Positions 28,101 through 39,700 of a DNA stretch of 64,000 nucleotides are shown piece after piece. The translations under genes and the position numbers were made by a program. Positions within the stretch are counted from its first letter, which is position 1. Each line of letters starts with the position of its first letter. Under the pieces are notes generated by a model, which saw only the letters and a program-made list of their open reading frames with translations, was not told where the DNA came from and did not search any database. Source of the DNA: Macrostomum lignano (lineage: Eukaryota); contig NIVC01001399.1 in assembly GCA_002269645.1 (NCBI GenBank), forward strand, positions 1-64,000, given 5' to 3'.

Positions 28101-29288
28101 TCGATTAGCTGCTATTTGCTCTGAAAATTCATAGGACCTGGCCAATTCACTACGGTGTGAGCTTTCAGAACATGGAGCTGGAGCAGGAGCTAGTCGCATT
28201 TCGATTCTTTCTGTTGCTGATGAAGCAGATGCTAATGCTGAGTCTGCCAATGTACCTGCTTCTCTTGAAGGTGTATTTATGATGGCTTCAATATTGTCCT
28301 CTAAAATCCAATGAGCACCTGAGCAGTCATTTTCTCTACCTGGAGTCAACTGTCCAAGTTTCCACCTTGTAAAAAGCAAAGGCTTTCGTAACTCACTGCT
28401 GGATTCAGGGCACCGGTTTATTGAATAGTCCTCATGACCAAGTTCATCCCATTCTCTTGCTGGCTTTAAGATGTAGTTGGGCTTGTCTCTTAGCCTATGA
28501 TAAATGGACTCAAAAAATGTGCACCTGTTATTTTGTGTACTTCGTGCATAGATGATCATGTCATGCACATTGTTCCTAATAATTTCAGCTAATGAGTTAT
28601 CAATGATAATTTTATCTTCATAAACAGGTCTTCTTTGTGTTGCATGCATTTTAGCTAGTCGCAGTTTTCCAATGCTACTGGCAGTTGTGGAACTTGAACT
28701 GTCCGATTCTGATCTAGAAAAGTCTCGTTGATACAAGAGAATAATGGCCATAGCACTTTTACCATTCCCATTCTTTAATGCATTTGGTTCTGTTGGAATT
28801 GTCTTACTAGCAGACTTGAAAAAATCAATGATGGATGACTGCGATGATCCACTAGGAGCGGAACTTGGCAGCCCATGTCTAGTTTTTCCCTGATACACAA
28901 TAGATGTATTGGTAAAAAACATATCTGCTGCTTCCTGCTTCTCTTTTGATGCAATAACAAAGAAACTGCTGTCCGTTTTGAAGCCCGAGGACCGATAGAA
29001 GTCAGCAGAAAATGAAACCACAGGTCGTCTAAAATCGCCGCTATATTCTTGAACTCCAATCAGAAGAAAATCACGGAGTCTCACTGGCACTGATCCTAAT
29101 AGCATTGCAGTTGTGGAACAAACTTTCTTCAGCTCAATGAACTCTGAAAATTCTTGAGATCCAATATTCGGCTCATCAGTATTTAACTCATTTATAACAA
29201 TTGAGCACTCACTCTCAGCTAGAATACCATTGATAGCTAGGATGCCACTTAGAATCAGTAGGCAAAGACAACTAAGGCTGTACATCAT
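25135..29288 (-). pseudogene. Disrupted hAT transposase with N-terminal signal-peptide-like and lamin-tail-domain-like module (about 1340 aa when repaired)
   Basis: ATG 29288 after a 5'UTR intron (29290-29383); phase-2 intron 27530-27660; motifs CRIC, SIVLDTTSD, GVTTDGASVMTG, HHCAAHKLEL, RIRWVAS, LPISSAEAERGFS. Lesions: TGA 27699-27701, 1-nt frameshift near 26740, 10-bp duplication 25474-25493. Confidence 0.85.
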
Positions 29289-30854
29289 TCTGTAAAAGAT
29301 TAAGTCGAGTATATGATTTTGGTGATAAAATAAAATTGATTTATGAGTATTACTATATAAATAAAACATTTAAAAGCCCTTACCTTTACCAATTCATGTA
29401 CAGAAAGTAAGTGTAAATACAACCAATTGCCTTGCTAGTTTAGTTATATGCTCGTATCAGATGCAGGCAGACAGCATAGGCTGCCAAGGTGCTATAAGTT
29501 AAGGTTAACTTTCACTATTTGGCTTTACAGACTGCTTTTATCGCTGCATGCATTGACTTAGCCTTAGCTTGTGCCATCATACTCATACAGCTATATATAC
29601 ATATGTATCTCTGCCACTCCCCACTTTTGCAACCTTACACTGTACAATCATGCCTAAAACACTCCGTGTCAAGTGTACTGTTCTAGTGCCACATGGGGTA
29701 CAAATACGATTAGGAATGACAAGAGTCAAAACCATACATGCACAATAGTTGGCCGATATGGACGACTGATTTGGCGGCCAACCAAGGTAAGTTGCAAAAA
29801 TGCCCACCCAAATAAATACCAAAGTAGTATTAAGTAGCTGACGAAGCATTTTGCCTTAATAAAGACAGTCATAGTTACTCCTGCCGTTTACCCAAAGTTG
29901 CGTTAATTTTGCTTTCAGGTTTTTTTCATGTAAGTCGCATTTTTGGCCGAAAACTAAGTCGCACGGCCGACCAAATTTTGGAGGTTGCGCATGTATGTTG
30001 TCAACAGTGCAATGGCTTTTCCATATCTATTTGTTCTCTGCCATGTCAGATGTTCATTATTGCCAATACAGCTGCTACCACTAAGAAATTGTGAAACTTT
30101 TGACAGCCTCCCACTCTGTCATGTGCATTTTCAGGATAGAGATAGTTGCAATCTCTTCCATGTGCTTGGCAGGCTTCTGACCTCTGTGCATCTTTGAGAT
30201 AGCAGCTGAAACAAATAAGTGTTACCTAAGTAGTAGTGTAGGAATATTGTCTCACTTATACAATAGGCTAAGTATACATATATGGTTGATGGACAGAACA
30301 ACTGCCTAATAACTCTGCTTTAATAACAGTTAGCAAACAGTTGCTTATAAGACTAAAAGCAATGAGAATTTTTTCCCAAATATATCCCCAGCAACATTGG
30401 AGCAGACAAAGCATAAGATAATAAAGCGACTAAATCTGCTAAAAGCAAGCTTTCACAAACTAGAGCAGCCTTTCAACTAGGAGGGGTACCACCCCCTTCT
30501 TTCAGATTCTTGGCTTTTGTCAGGTAGATAAATGACTAGTTATCGTTTTTTTTAATTCTAAAACTATGAAGTTAACTGTGTCAGTTAATGAGATTTCAGT
30601 TCTTGCAATCAAGATTTTCTGTGTTTTATAGAGTCAAGCACTTTTTAGCAAGCAATTGCTTCCATTCTTTTCCCATATGGCATTTACCTTGTAATCTTTA
30701 TTAAATTACTGTGTTAAACTTATGACATCGAAGGTTGATAAAGTCACACACTTAATAAAAACTGATATATTCTTTGCATTTCCCACAGCAATTGGTCATC
30801 AGCATTAAGAGTTTTTAGACTGTCCAATATAACCAATAAGTGCATCAATCAGCC

Positions 30855-33800
30855 ATGTTCCACCTGAGTAAGACTCATCGTCTAGGCCTGATGATAATCA
30901 TGGCTCTAGCCTATTTTGCTGTAGAATTAGTTGTTGGCCACCTGTGCGACTCGGTCACTTTGGTTGCCGATTCGTTTCACATGCTGTCAGATGTGCTAGC
31001 ACTGATTGTTGCTCTGGGGGCTGTTCGGGTTGGCAAGAAGCCAAGAGATGGTCGGCATACTTACGGCTTCCAACGTGCTGAAATATTGGGTACATTGGTT
31101 AACACTGTCATGCTAGTGACTCTGTGCTTCACTATCATTATTGAAGCTGTTCAGAAGATTATTGAACCGCATCCGATGAAAGATCCAAAACTCATTGTCT
31201 ATGTTGGCTCTGGCGGCCTGCTCATTAACCTGATTGGTATTTTGCTATTCTGCGGTCACAGCCACGGGCATGGCGGCCATGCATCTGAGCATTCGGTAAT
31301 TATTAATTGCTGTTTTGCAGTTATTCATGTAGCACTAGTCTCCCTTCATCTCAATCACTGTTTCACATCATCTCAATCACTGCCTCCCTTCATCTTGATC
31401 ACTGTCTCCCTTCATCTTGATCACTGCCTCCCTTCATCTTGATCACTGTCTCCCTTCATCTTGATCACTGTCTCCCTTCATCTTGATCACTGTCTCCCTT
31501 CATCTTGATCACTGCCTCCCTTCATCTTGATCACTGTCTCCCTTCATCTCAATCACAGTCTCCCTTCATCACAATCACTGTCTCCCTTCATCTCAATCAC
31601 AGTCTCCCTTCATCTCAATCACAGTCTCCCTTCATCTCAATCACTGTCTCCCTTCATCTTGATCACTGTCTCCATCTTGATCACAGTCTCCCTTCAGCTC
31701 AATCACAGTCTCCCTTCATCTCAATCACTGTCTCCCTTCATCTTGATCACTGTCTCCCTTCATCTTGATCACTGTCTCCCTTCATCTTGATCACTGTCTC
31801 CCTTCATCTTGATCACTGTCTCCATCTTGATCACAGTCTCCCTTCAGCTCAATCACAGTCTCCCTTCATCTCAATCACTGTCTCCCTTCATCTTGATCAC
31901 TGTCTCCATCTTGATCACAGTCTCCCTTCAGCTCAATCGCTGTCTCCCTTAATCTTGATCACTGTCTTCATCTTGATCACAGTCTCCCTTCATCTCAATC
32001 ACAGTCTCCCTTCATCACAATCACTGTCTCCCTTCATCTCAATCGCTGTCTCCCTTCATCTCAATCACATATGAATTCCATACCCAGTCTCCTCAGATCC
32101 CATACCCAGTCTCCTCAGATCCCATACCCAGTCTCCTCAGATCCCATACCCAGCCTCACCAGAGTGTCAATCAGTCCCAGCTGATTACCTTTCTCATTCC
32201 CAAAGCACCAAGCGGAGCTGCTGATGCAGCACAAATCGGTGGAATTTCTACCAGAGGAGGCTCGGCCAATGGCGCAGGCCGCGGCAGCAGAGGCCGGTGA
32301 CGAGCCAATGAAAGTCGAGTGCATGGATGAGCAAGACAATGCCAGTCCAAAGCGTGCGACCGCCGGCGCTACTGCTGCTGCTGCTGCTGCTTCCGGTGCA
32401 GTCGCAACAAGTTCCGGTGAGCTATTTAATGATTCGCTGTAAATAAACTTTTTGTCTCGGTTTTGATTCCTTAAACTGTTTAATAAATTTAATTTAATAT
32501 TGCTTTAGCTAAATAAACTTTGTGGTTTAAAAAATTGCTGCATATAAATATACTTATTATTCAGAAGTAAATGCTAGCTGAGGCAGTGACCTCTCCAACC
32601 TGTCTCCTTGTATTTACTCTACGTAATTATAGTCTCCCACTCTATTTATCTCTACCTCTCCATCTCCCTCTCCTTGTCTCCCTCTACCTATCTACCTCCC
32701 CCTGTCTTCCTCTTCCTGTCTCCCTCTCCCTGTCTCCATCTCCCTCTCCTTGTCTCCCTCTACCTATCTACCTCCCCCTGTCTTCCTCTTCCTGTCTCCC
32801 TCTCCCTGTCTCCATCTCCCTCTCCTTGTCTCCCTCTACCTGTCTCCCTCTTCCTGTCTCCCTCTCCCTGTCTTCCTCTCCCTGTCTCCCTCCCTCTCTA
32901 CCTTTCCCTGTCTCCATCTCCCTCTCCCTCTTACGTCTCCCTGTCTCCTTCTCCCTATCTACCTCTCCCTGTCTCCCTCTCCCTCTCCCTGTCTCCATCC
33001 CCCTCTTTGCCTCTCACTGTCTACCTCTCCCTGTCTCCCTCCCTTTCTACCTCTCCCTGTCTCCATCTCCCTCTCTACCTCTCCCTCTTACGTCTCCCTG
33101 TCTCCCTCTCCCTATCTGCCTCTCCGTCTCCCTCTCCCTGTCTCCCTCTCCATGTCTCCATCCCCCTCTTTGCCTCTCACTGTCTACCTCTCCCTGTCTC
33201 CCTCCCTCTCTACCTCTCCCTGTCTCCATCTCCCCCTCTACCTTTCCTTGTCTCCCTGTCTTTGTCTCCCTCTCTTTGTCTCATTCGTCTCCCTCTCCAC
33301 CTCTCCCTCTCCCTTACTCTGTCTCCATTTCCCTGTCTCTCTACGTGTCCCCCTCTCTTCACCTCATCCTTTCTCCTCTTTCCTCGTATCCGGTCACTAA
33401 CTTGTGTTAACCTAAAAGGAAAAACTACGTTTTACTCTGCATAAACAGCAGAAGTAAAATTACTTTGATTGTATTCGTTGCATAAGCAATACTGTTACAT
33501 TTGTATTTGAACTGTTATATTAGAAAGGCTAAGAACTTTCAGCACCCCATGGCCTAGGGTGCAGTTAGCTGGAAGGTATGCGCATTCTGTGAATATTTTT
33601 CACATTTCTGCTGCGACTCCTTCGCCTTGGCTCCTTCCCAGTTGAAAGCTTCCTTATTTAGGGTTGATGTCTGTCCTTTAATGCGTTCTCTTTCTTTGCA
33701 GCTGCAGCTGCTTCGATTATTCAGACACACACGAACTTTATTTACAAGCGGTTAATTGTATCGTGTTTGCTTCACAATTTTTTAAGGGCCAACTTGCAGA

Positions 33801-36800
33801 AACACTTATTTTATATTTCTTTCGTTGATCTTTGTCCTCTCATCTCTCTGTCCCTTCCATCTCCCCCTCATCTCCCTCCTCTCTCATCTCCTTACTTCCT
33901 CCTCTCCCCCTCTTATCTCCCCTCCCCCTCTCTCCTCTCAGCTTTTCCTCTCTCCCTTCCCCTCTTCCTCATTTCTCTCCCTCACTTCTTCCCTCCCCCC
34001 GCTCTCTCTCTCTCTTTGTCTCCCTTCTCCATCTCTCTCCCCTCCCCCAGTGACCTCTCCAGTCTGATTCCCCTATGTGTTTTAAAAACCCATATTGTAT
34101 TATTCGTAACAGTTTGGCAGTTAAGCAATTTCGTTAACCAGGGACCATATAAGCGTGTTATAAATTTATAGTGTTTAAAAGCGGTACCCATAGGCTCTGT
34201 TTTGGTTTAAGTTGTTATTCTTTAATTTTTCGATTTTTTCTACGCAAATTACACATACACTACTTTTAGTAAGTATCTTCATTGATTATTTCTGAACTTT
34301 TCTATCCCTTTTGACTAATATTTCTGTGAAGCCGCCGTGCCGATTCTAATTGAGCAAACCTCGCCGGCCGCCTCAACCTCCGCTGCTCATCCAGTCGCTC
34401 CAGCTTCCGATAGGGCTTCATCGCCTTCGCTTCTGGCTGCCGTTGAGCACAGCGTTGCTAGTTTGCGCCGAGGCTCGCTTGGGCCGTCCTGGCTGCCTAA
34501 CGCTCTGCCTAGGCCGTCAGAAATTGACGAGGTTGATCAAGGCGAAGGCGATGATGTCGCTTTGGATGCTGGAAGCGGCGGCGGGGGCGGCGGAGGGCAC
34601 GGACACAGCCATGAGGTTGGCGCGTCTCGCGGTAAGGAGTCGGATTTTCCTCAATCAGTGGAATTAACCCGATCGTGGAAGCTTTTTAAATGCCATCTTA
34701 CTCTTAATTAGTATTTTGTAAGATTTTAGCCACTCGGGTTATTTTGCGTCATGCTAGGTCGAGATAGGAGGTTTCGGGTCAACGTGGGTTATGCTAGGTC
34801 AAGATAGGAGCTCTTGGGTCATTGTGAGTCATGCTAGGTCAAGATTGTAGCTGTTGGGCCAATTTGGGTCATGCTAGGTTAAGATGGGAGTTGTTGACTC
34901 TATGTGGATAAATCTAGGTCAAGATAGGAATTGTTGGGTCAATGTGGGTCATGCTAGGTCGAGATAGGAGTTGTTGGGTCAATGTGGGTCATGCTAGGTC
35001 AAGATAGGAGTTGTTGGGTCAGTGTGGTCAGAGCCAAATACTTGCCTTAGTATTATAGTTCAGTTCTCCACAGTCCATATTAACCCGTAAAAAGAAAATA
35101 TAAACTTTTTTACTGGTACTTTCTCTCGATGTTTCTTGCCTATCTGCATGCTCAGTTGTACTTTTTGCGTGGTTATTCTCACTTTCTCTCGGCCTACTAC
35201 CTAATAACCTTGCTAATTTGAGGTGACGTTGCTTAGAGTAGAACTGACCCACTTTTTCATTGCGAAATCTCTCGACTTACTTAACTCGTTTCAAGTCATC
35301 AGTATGACTCACTTCCAGTCATTAGTATGACTCAGTTCCAGTCATCGGTATGACTCACTACAATTCATCAGTATGACTCACTTCCAGTCATCAGTATGAC
35401 TCAATTCAAGTCATCAGTATGACTCAATTCAAGTTATCAGTATGACTCACTTCAATTCATCAGTATGACTCACTTCAATTCATCAGTATGACTCACAGTC
35501 ATCAGTATGACTCACTACAATTCATCAGTATGACTCACTTCCAGTCATCAGTATGACTCATTTCCAGTCATCGGTATGACTCACTTCAAGTCATCAGTAT
35601 GACTCAGTTCCAGTCATCGGTATGACTCACTTCAATTCATCAGTATGACTCACTTCCAGTCATCAGTATGACTCACTTCCAGTCATCAGTATGACTCATT
35701 TTTTTTCTAAAAATAGAATTAATGATTTAAACAACATCGCTTTAAGTTGACCGAGAAGACGCGCAGCTTATTGACATCAAATGCAATTTTATTAATTTGA
35801 TTTTGTGTCTGAAATTTATTTTTAACGTTTTAAAAGTGGCGTAGTACCTCGTTTTGGTTTAATTAATTAACTATCACTTGTCTGTTCAGTCATTTTTGCT
35901 CTTTTTAACTCAACACACTGCGCAAGTGTTTTTTATCATGAGTATGAAAAATAAGCCTGACTCGCTGTCATTGTTACTGCCTACAAAGAGTCAGTAGTAT
36001 TATTATAGTTTTCTATAGAATTTTCTGTTTGTATTGTGCATTTATTTACTCATTATTAAACCTACATTGCATTAGTATTTCCGAAGCCGATATGTATCGA
36101 AAGTATTTATAAAGATGTTTTGCCTCTATGATACATCCGCAGGCTCTGGTCACATGAACATGCAGGCGGCATTTTTGCATATCATTGGCGACACCCTTGG
36201 CTCAGTGATTGTTATTGTATCAGCCGTGACTCTCTGGCTCGCTCCGCCTGGCTATTCGCTCGACCTGTACGAGGCCAGGGCCGTGTTGCTAGGCAATGAC
36301 ACCTGCTTAATTGAGGAGCCAGGACGGCGTTGGCAGACTTATATCGATCCGAGTCTTAGTTTGCTGCTTGTCGCCATTATGTTGTTCTCTACTATACCAT
36401 TGTGTAGGTTTTCCGTTTGATGGATTTCCATTGCTTTTTCAACTGTTGTTGTTTTAAGACAGTTAGTCTTAATGACTGATGGGTTGTCAGATTGACTGAT
36501 GGATTTTCAGATTGGCAAATGGGTTTTCAACTTGGCAAGTGGGTTGTCAGATTGACAGGTAGAAAGTGAGACCGACAGGTAGATGGTGAGACTGACAGGT
36601 AGATGATGAGACTGACAGGTAGATGGTGAGACTGACAGGTAGATGGTGAGACTGACAGGTAGATGGTGAGACTGGCAGGTAGATGGTGAGACTGACAGGT
36701 AGATGGTGAGACTGGCAGGTAGATGGTGAGACTGACAGGTAGATGGTGAGACTGACAGGTAGATGGTGAGACTGGCAGGTAGATGGTGAGACTGACAGGT

Positions 36801-38951
36801 TAGATGGTGAGACTGACAGGTAGATGGTGAGACTGACAGGTAGATGGTGAGACTGACAGGTAGATGGTGAGACTGACAGGTAGATGGTGAGACTGACAGG
36901 TAGATGGTGAGACTGACAGGTAGATGGTGAGACTGACAGGTTAGATGGTGAGACTGGCAGGTAGATGGTGAGACTGACAGGTTAGATGGTGAGACTGACA
37001 GGTAGATGGTGAGACTGACAGGTAGATGGTGAGACTGACAGGTAGATGGTGAGACTGGCAGGTAGATGGTGAGACTGGCAGGTTAGATGGTGAGACTGAC
37101 AGGTAGATGGTGAGACTGACAGGTAGATGGTGAGACTGGCAGGTAGATGGTGAGACTGGCAGGTAGATGGTGAGACTGGCAGGTAGATGGTGAGACTGAC
37201 AGGTAGATGGTGAGACTGGCAGGTAGATGGTGAGACTGGCAGGTAGATGGTGAGACTGACAGGTAGATGGTGAGACTGACAGGTCGATGGTGAGATTGAC
37301 AGGTAGATGATGAGACTGACAGGTAGATGGTGAGACTGACAGGTAGATGGTAAGACTGATAAATGCTATAGTCAAATCAATCAATAAACAGCCTAATCTT
37401 TGCTCTCTAAATAAATTTCAGTTCTAAAAGCGCTCAACATTCTGATGCAGACGGTGCCTAAAGAGATCAAACTCGACGATTTGCAGAAGAGATTGGAAAA
37501 TGTTTGTCATTTTGATTTGCAATAGCAGATTTTCTATTGTACTGTAAGTAGCAATTATAGTTTTTTTCTACTCAAAATTTGTAGCTCGATGGCATCCTAC
37601 AAGTGCACGATTTGCACGTGTGGCAGCTGCAGTCAGATTGCTATATCGGCACCGTGCACATCCGCTGTCGGGATCTGCGTGAGTAGCTAAGAAAGGGAGA
37701 GGGAGACTGGAAGGGAGAAAGAGAGACTAGGAGAGAGAGGGGAGAGGGAGACTGGAATGGAGGGAGAGAGGAAGACTGTGAGGAAGGGAGAGAGGGAGAC
37801 TGGAAGAGATGGAGAGAGGGAGACTAGGAGAGAGAGGGGAGAGGGAGACTGGAATGGAGGGAGAGAGGAAGACTGTGAGGAAGGGAGAGAGGGAGACTGG
37901 GAGGGAGGGAAATAGGGAGACTGGGAGGGAGGGAGAGAGGGAGACTGGGAGGGAGGGAGACTGGGAGGGAGGGAGACTGGGAGGGAGGGAGAGAGGGAGA
38001 CTGGAAGGGAGGGAGAGAGGGAGACTGGGAGGGAGGGAGGGAGAGAGGAAGACTGGAAGAGAGGGGGACTGTGATGGAGGGAGAGACTGGGAGGGAGGGA
38101 GACTAGGAGAGAGGGAGACTGGGAGGGAGGGAGAGAGGGAGATTGGGAGGGAGGGAGACTGGAATGGAGGGAGAGAGGGGGACTGGAATGGAAGGAGAGA
38201 GGGAGACTCTGAGGGAGGGAGAGAGGGAGACTCTGAGGGAGGGAGAGAGGGAGACTCTGAGGGAGAGAGAGAGAGGGAGACTCTGAGGGAGGGAGAGAGG
38301 GAGACTCTGAGGGAGAGAGAGAGAGGGAGACTCTGAGGGAGAGAGGGAGACTGGAAAGGAGGGAGAGAGGGAGACTGGAAAGGAGGGAGGGAGAGAGGGA
38401 GACTGGAAAGGAGGGAGAGAGGAAGACTCTGAGGGAGGGAGACTGGGAGGAGACGTAGATAGGGGCAAGGTGACATGTGAGACTAGAAAGCATTTAGAGT
38501 AAGATTTAGAGTACGACAGAGTGTGAGAAGTACTACACAGTGGTTTAGTTTTGCCACAGCTTGAATTCTGCAATATTTGCATTTAATTTCCAGCCGAATA
38601 CATCAGCGTGTCCCGAGCTGCCAAGCACATATTTCACACTTTCGACATTCACTGCACCACTATTCAGCCTGAGTTCAACGAGGCAAGTCGACATTTAAAA
38701 AATCCTTTTTAACCTACAAAAATCAATAGTTTAATTTATATTGTGTCGCACCACTCCAGCACACAACTCCCCGTTTGGGTGGCAACCACACCAGCGGCAG
38801 ATTTGCCAACAACCCCGGCTGTTTTATCAACTGCGGCAACAATAAATGCGCTGCTAGGTCGAATTGTTGCGCCGTGAAAGGCGGCGGCGGCGGGGACGCG
38901 GCGGAGGCTGCTTCAGGAGAGGGCGGTCATCAGGCTGCTGACTCCGTGTGA
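30855..38951 (+). CDS. SLC30A1: ZnT1/SLC30A1-like cation diffusion facilitator zinc exporter, 555 aa
   Basis: Exons 30855-31295, 32206-32416, 34332-34631, 36143-36403, 37422-37501, 37585-37678, 38594-38682, 38760-38951, phase consistent, total 1668 nt. CDF motifs ADSFHMLSD, TYGFQRAEILG, HSHGHGGH loop, NMQAAFLHIIGDTLGS, YIDP, VHDLHVWQL, IHCTTIQPE and Cys-rich tail CFINCGNNKCAARSNCC. Confidence 0.93.
31345..32150. repeat. 22-bp minisatellite (TCACTGTCTCCCTTCATCTTGA)n followed by three 22-bp CCATACCCAGTCTCCTCAGATC copies
   Basis: Directly visible, ZnT intron 1. Confidence 0.9.
32630..33385. repeat. CT-rich low-complexity repeat
   Basis: Directly visible; a second tract at about 33840-34060. 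Confidence 0.9.
34748..35030. repeat. 40-bp minisatellite, about 7 copies (GGGTCAATGTGGGTCATGCTAGGTCAAGATAGGAGTTGTT)
   Basis: Directly visible, ZnT intron 3. Confidence 0.9.
35293..35700. repeat. 23-bp minisatellite, about 18 copies (CAGTCATCAGTATGACTCACTTC)
   Basis: Directly visible, ZnT intron 3. Confidence 0.92.
36555..37360. repeat. About 20-bp minisatellite (GACAGGTAGATGGTGAGACT)n
   Basis: Directly visible, ZnT intron 4. Confidence 0.92.
37690..38452. repeat. GA-rich low-complexity repeat
   Basis: Directly visible, ZnT intron 6. Confidence 0.9.
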
Positions 38952-39154
38952 TGTTGTGTGCTAGAAATCGGGTATTAATTAGGTTATAATGCCACAGTAT
39001 AGACATCACAGGCTATGGGATTAGAGCTTTTATTGTGCGGTAGTTTTAACTTAAAAAATTTTATACGTTTAGATAGCTTACTGACTGTTGTAGTTTGCTT
39101 GCTGGTGACCTTTGCGCCAAGAAGCCTCTTCGTTTTGTTGCACTGGATTCATAC

Positions 39155-39284
39155 GGACAGACAGGCAGGCACACAGACAGGCTGATAGACAGACACTAAG
39201 ATAGACAGACAGACAGACAGATAGACAGGCAGACAGACAGACAGGCTGACTGATAGATAGACACAAGATAGACAGACAGACAGG

Positions 39285-39315
<31 letters not shown>

Positions 39316-39387
39316 TAGACAGATAAACAGACAGACAGACAGACAGGCTGACTGATAGATAGACACAAGATAGACAGACAGACAGGC

Positions 39388-39433
<46 letters not shown>

Positions 39434-39700
39434 TAGACAGATAAACAGACAGACAGACAGATAGACAGATAGGCATACAGACAGACAGACAGATAGGCAG
39501 ACAGACAGACTATCGATACAAGTCATCGATATGTATCGATAGCAAGACAGACAGACAGACAGACAGGCAGACAGACAGACAGACAGACAGACAAACAAAC
39601 AGACAGACAGACAGACAGATAGACAGGCAGACAGACAGACAGACAGACGGATAGACAGACAGACAGACAGATAGACCGACAGGCGGACAGACAGACGAGC
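39155..39700. repeat. (GACA)n microsatellite
   Basis: Directly visible downstream of the ZnT stop. Confidence 0.95.

Larger units (their letters stand above)
23773..29997 (-). mobile_element. Full-length hAT-superfamily DNA transposon (ZNF862/KIAA1586-like transposase), 6.2 kb
   Basis: 14-bp TIRs CATACATGCGCAAC (23773-23786) and GTTGCGCATGTATG (29984-29997); perfect 8-bp TSD TTGTCAAC at 23765-23772 and 29998-30005; subterminal TAAGTCGCA repeats; internal transposase motifs. Confidence 0.93.

Noticed and set aside
30000-30855. Metal response elements (TGCRCNC) upstream of ZnT1
   Set aside because: No perfect MRE found by eye in this interval.
33702-33750. Possible extra ZnT exon (good AG and GT signals)
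   Set aside because: 49 nt, breaks the phase between exons 2 and 3, which join directly in phase 1.
35293-35700. CRISPR-like array (short palindromic repeats)
   Set aside because: Units are contiguous with no unique spacers, there are no cas genes, and the context is a eukaryotic intron.
36555-37360. CAGGTAG (Zelda/ZEB-type) motif array
   Set aside because: Zelda is insect-specific and a short motif in a satellite is weak evidence; no additional structure supports function.
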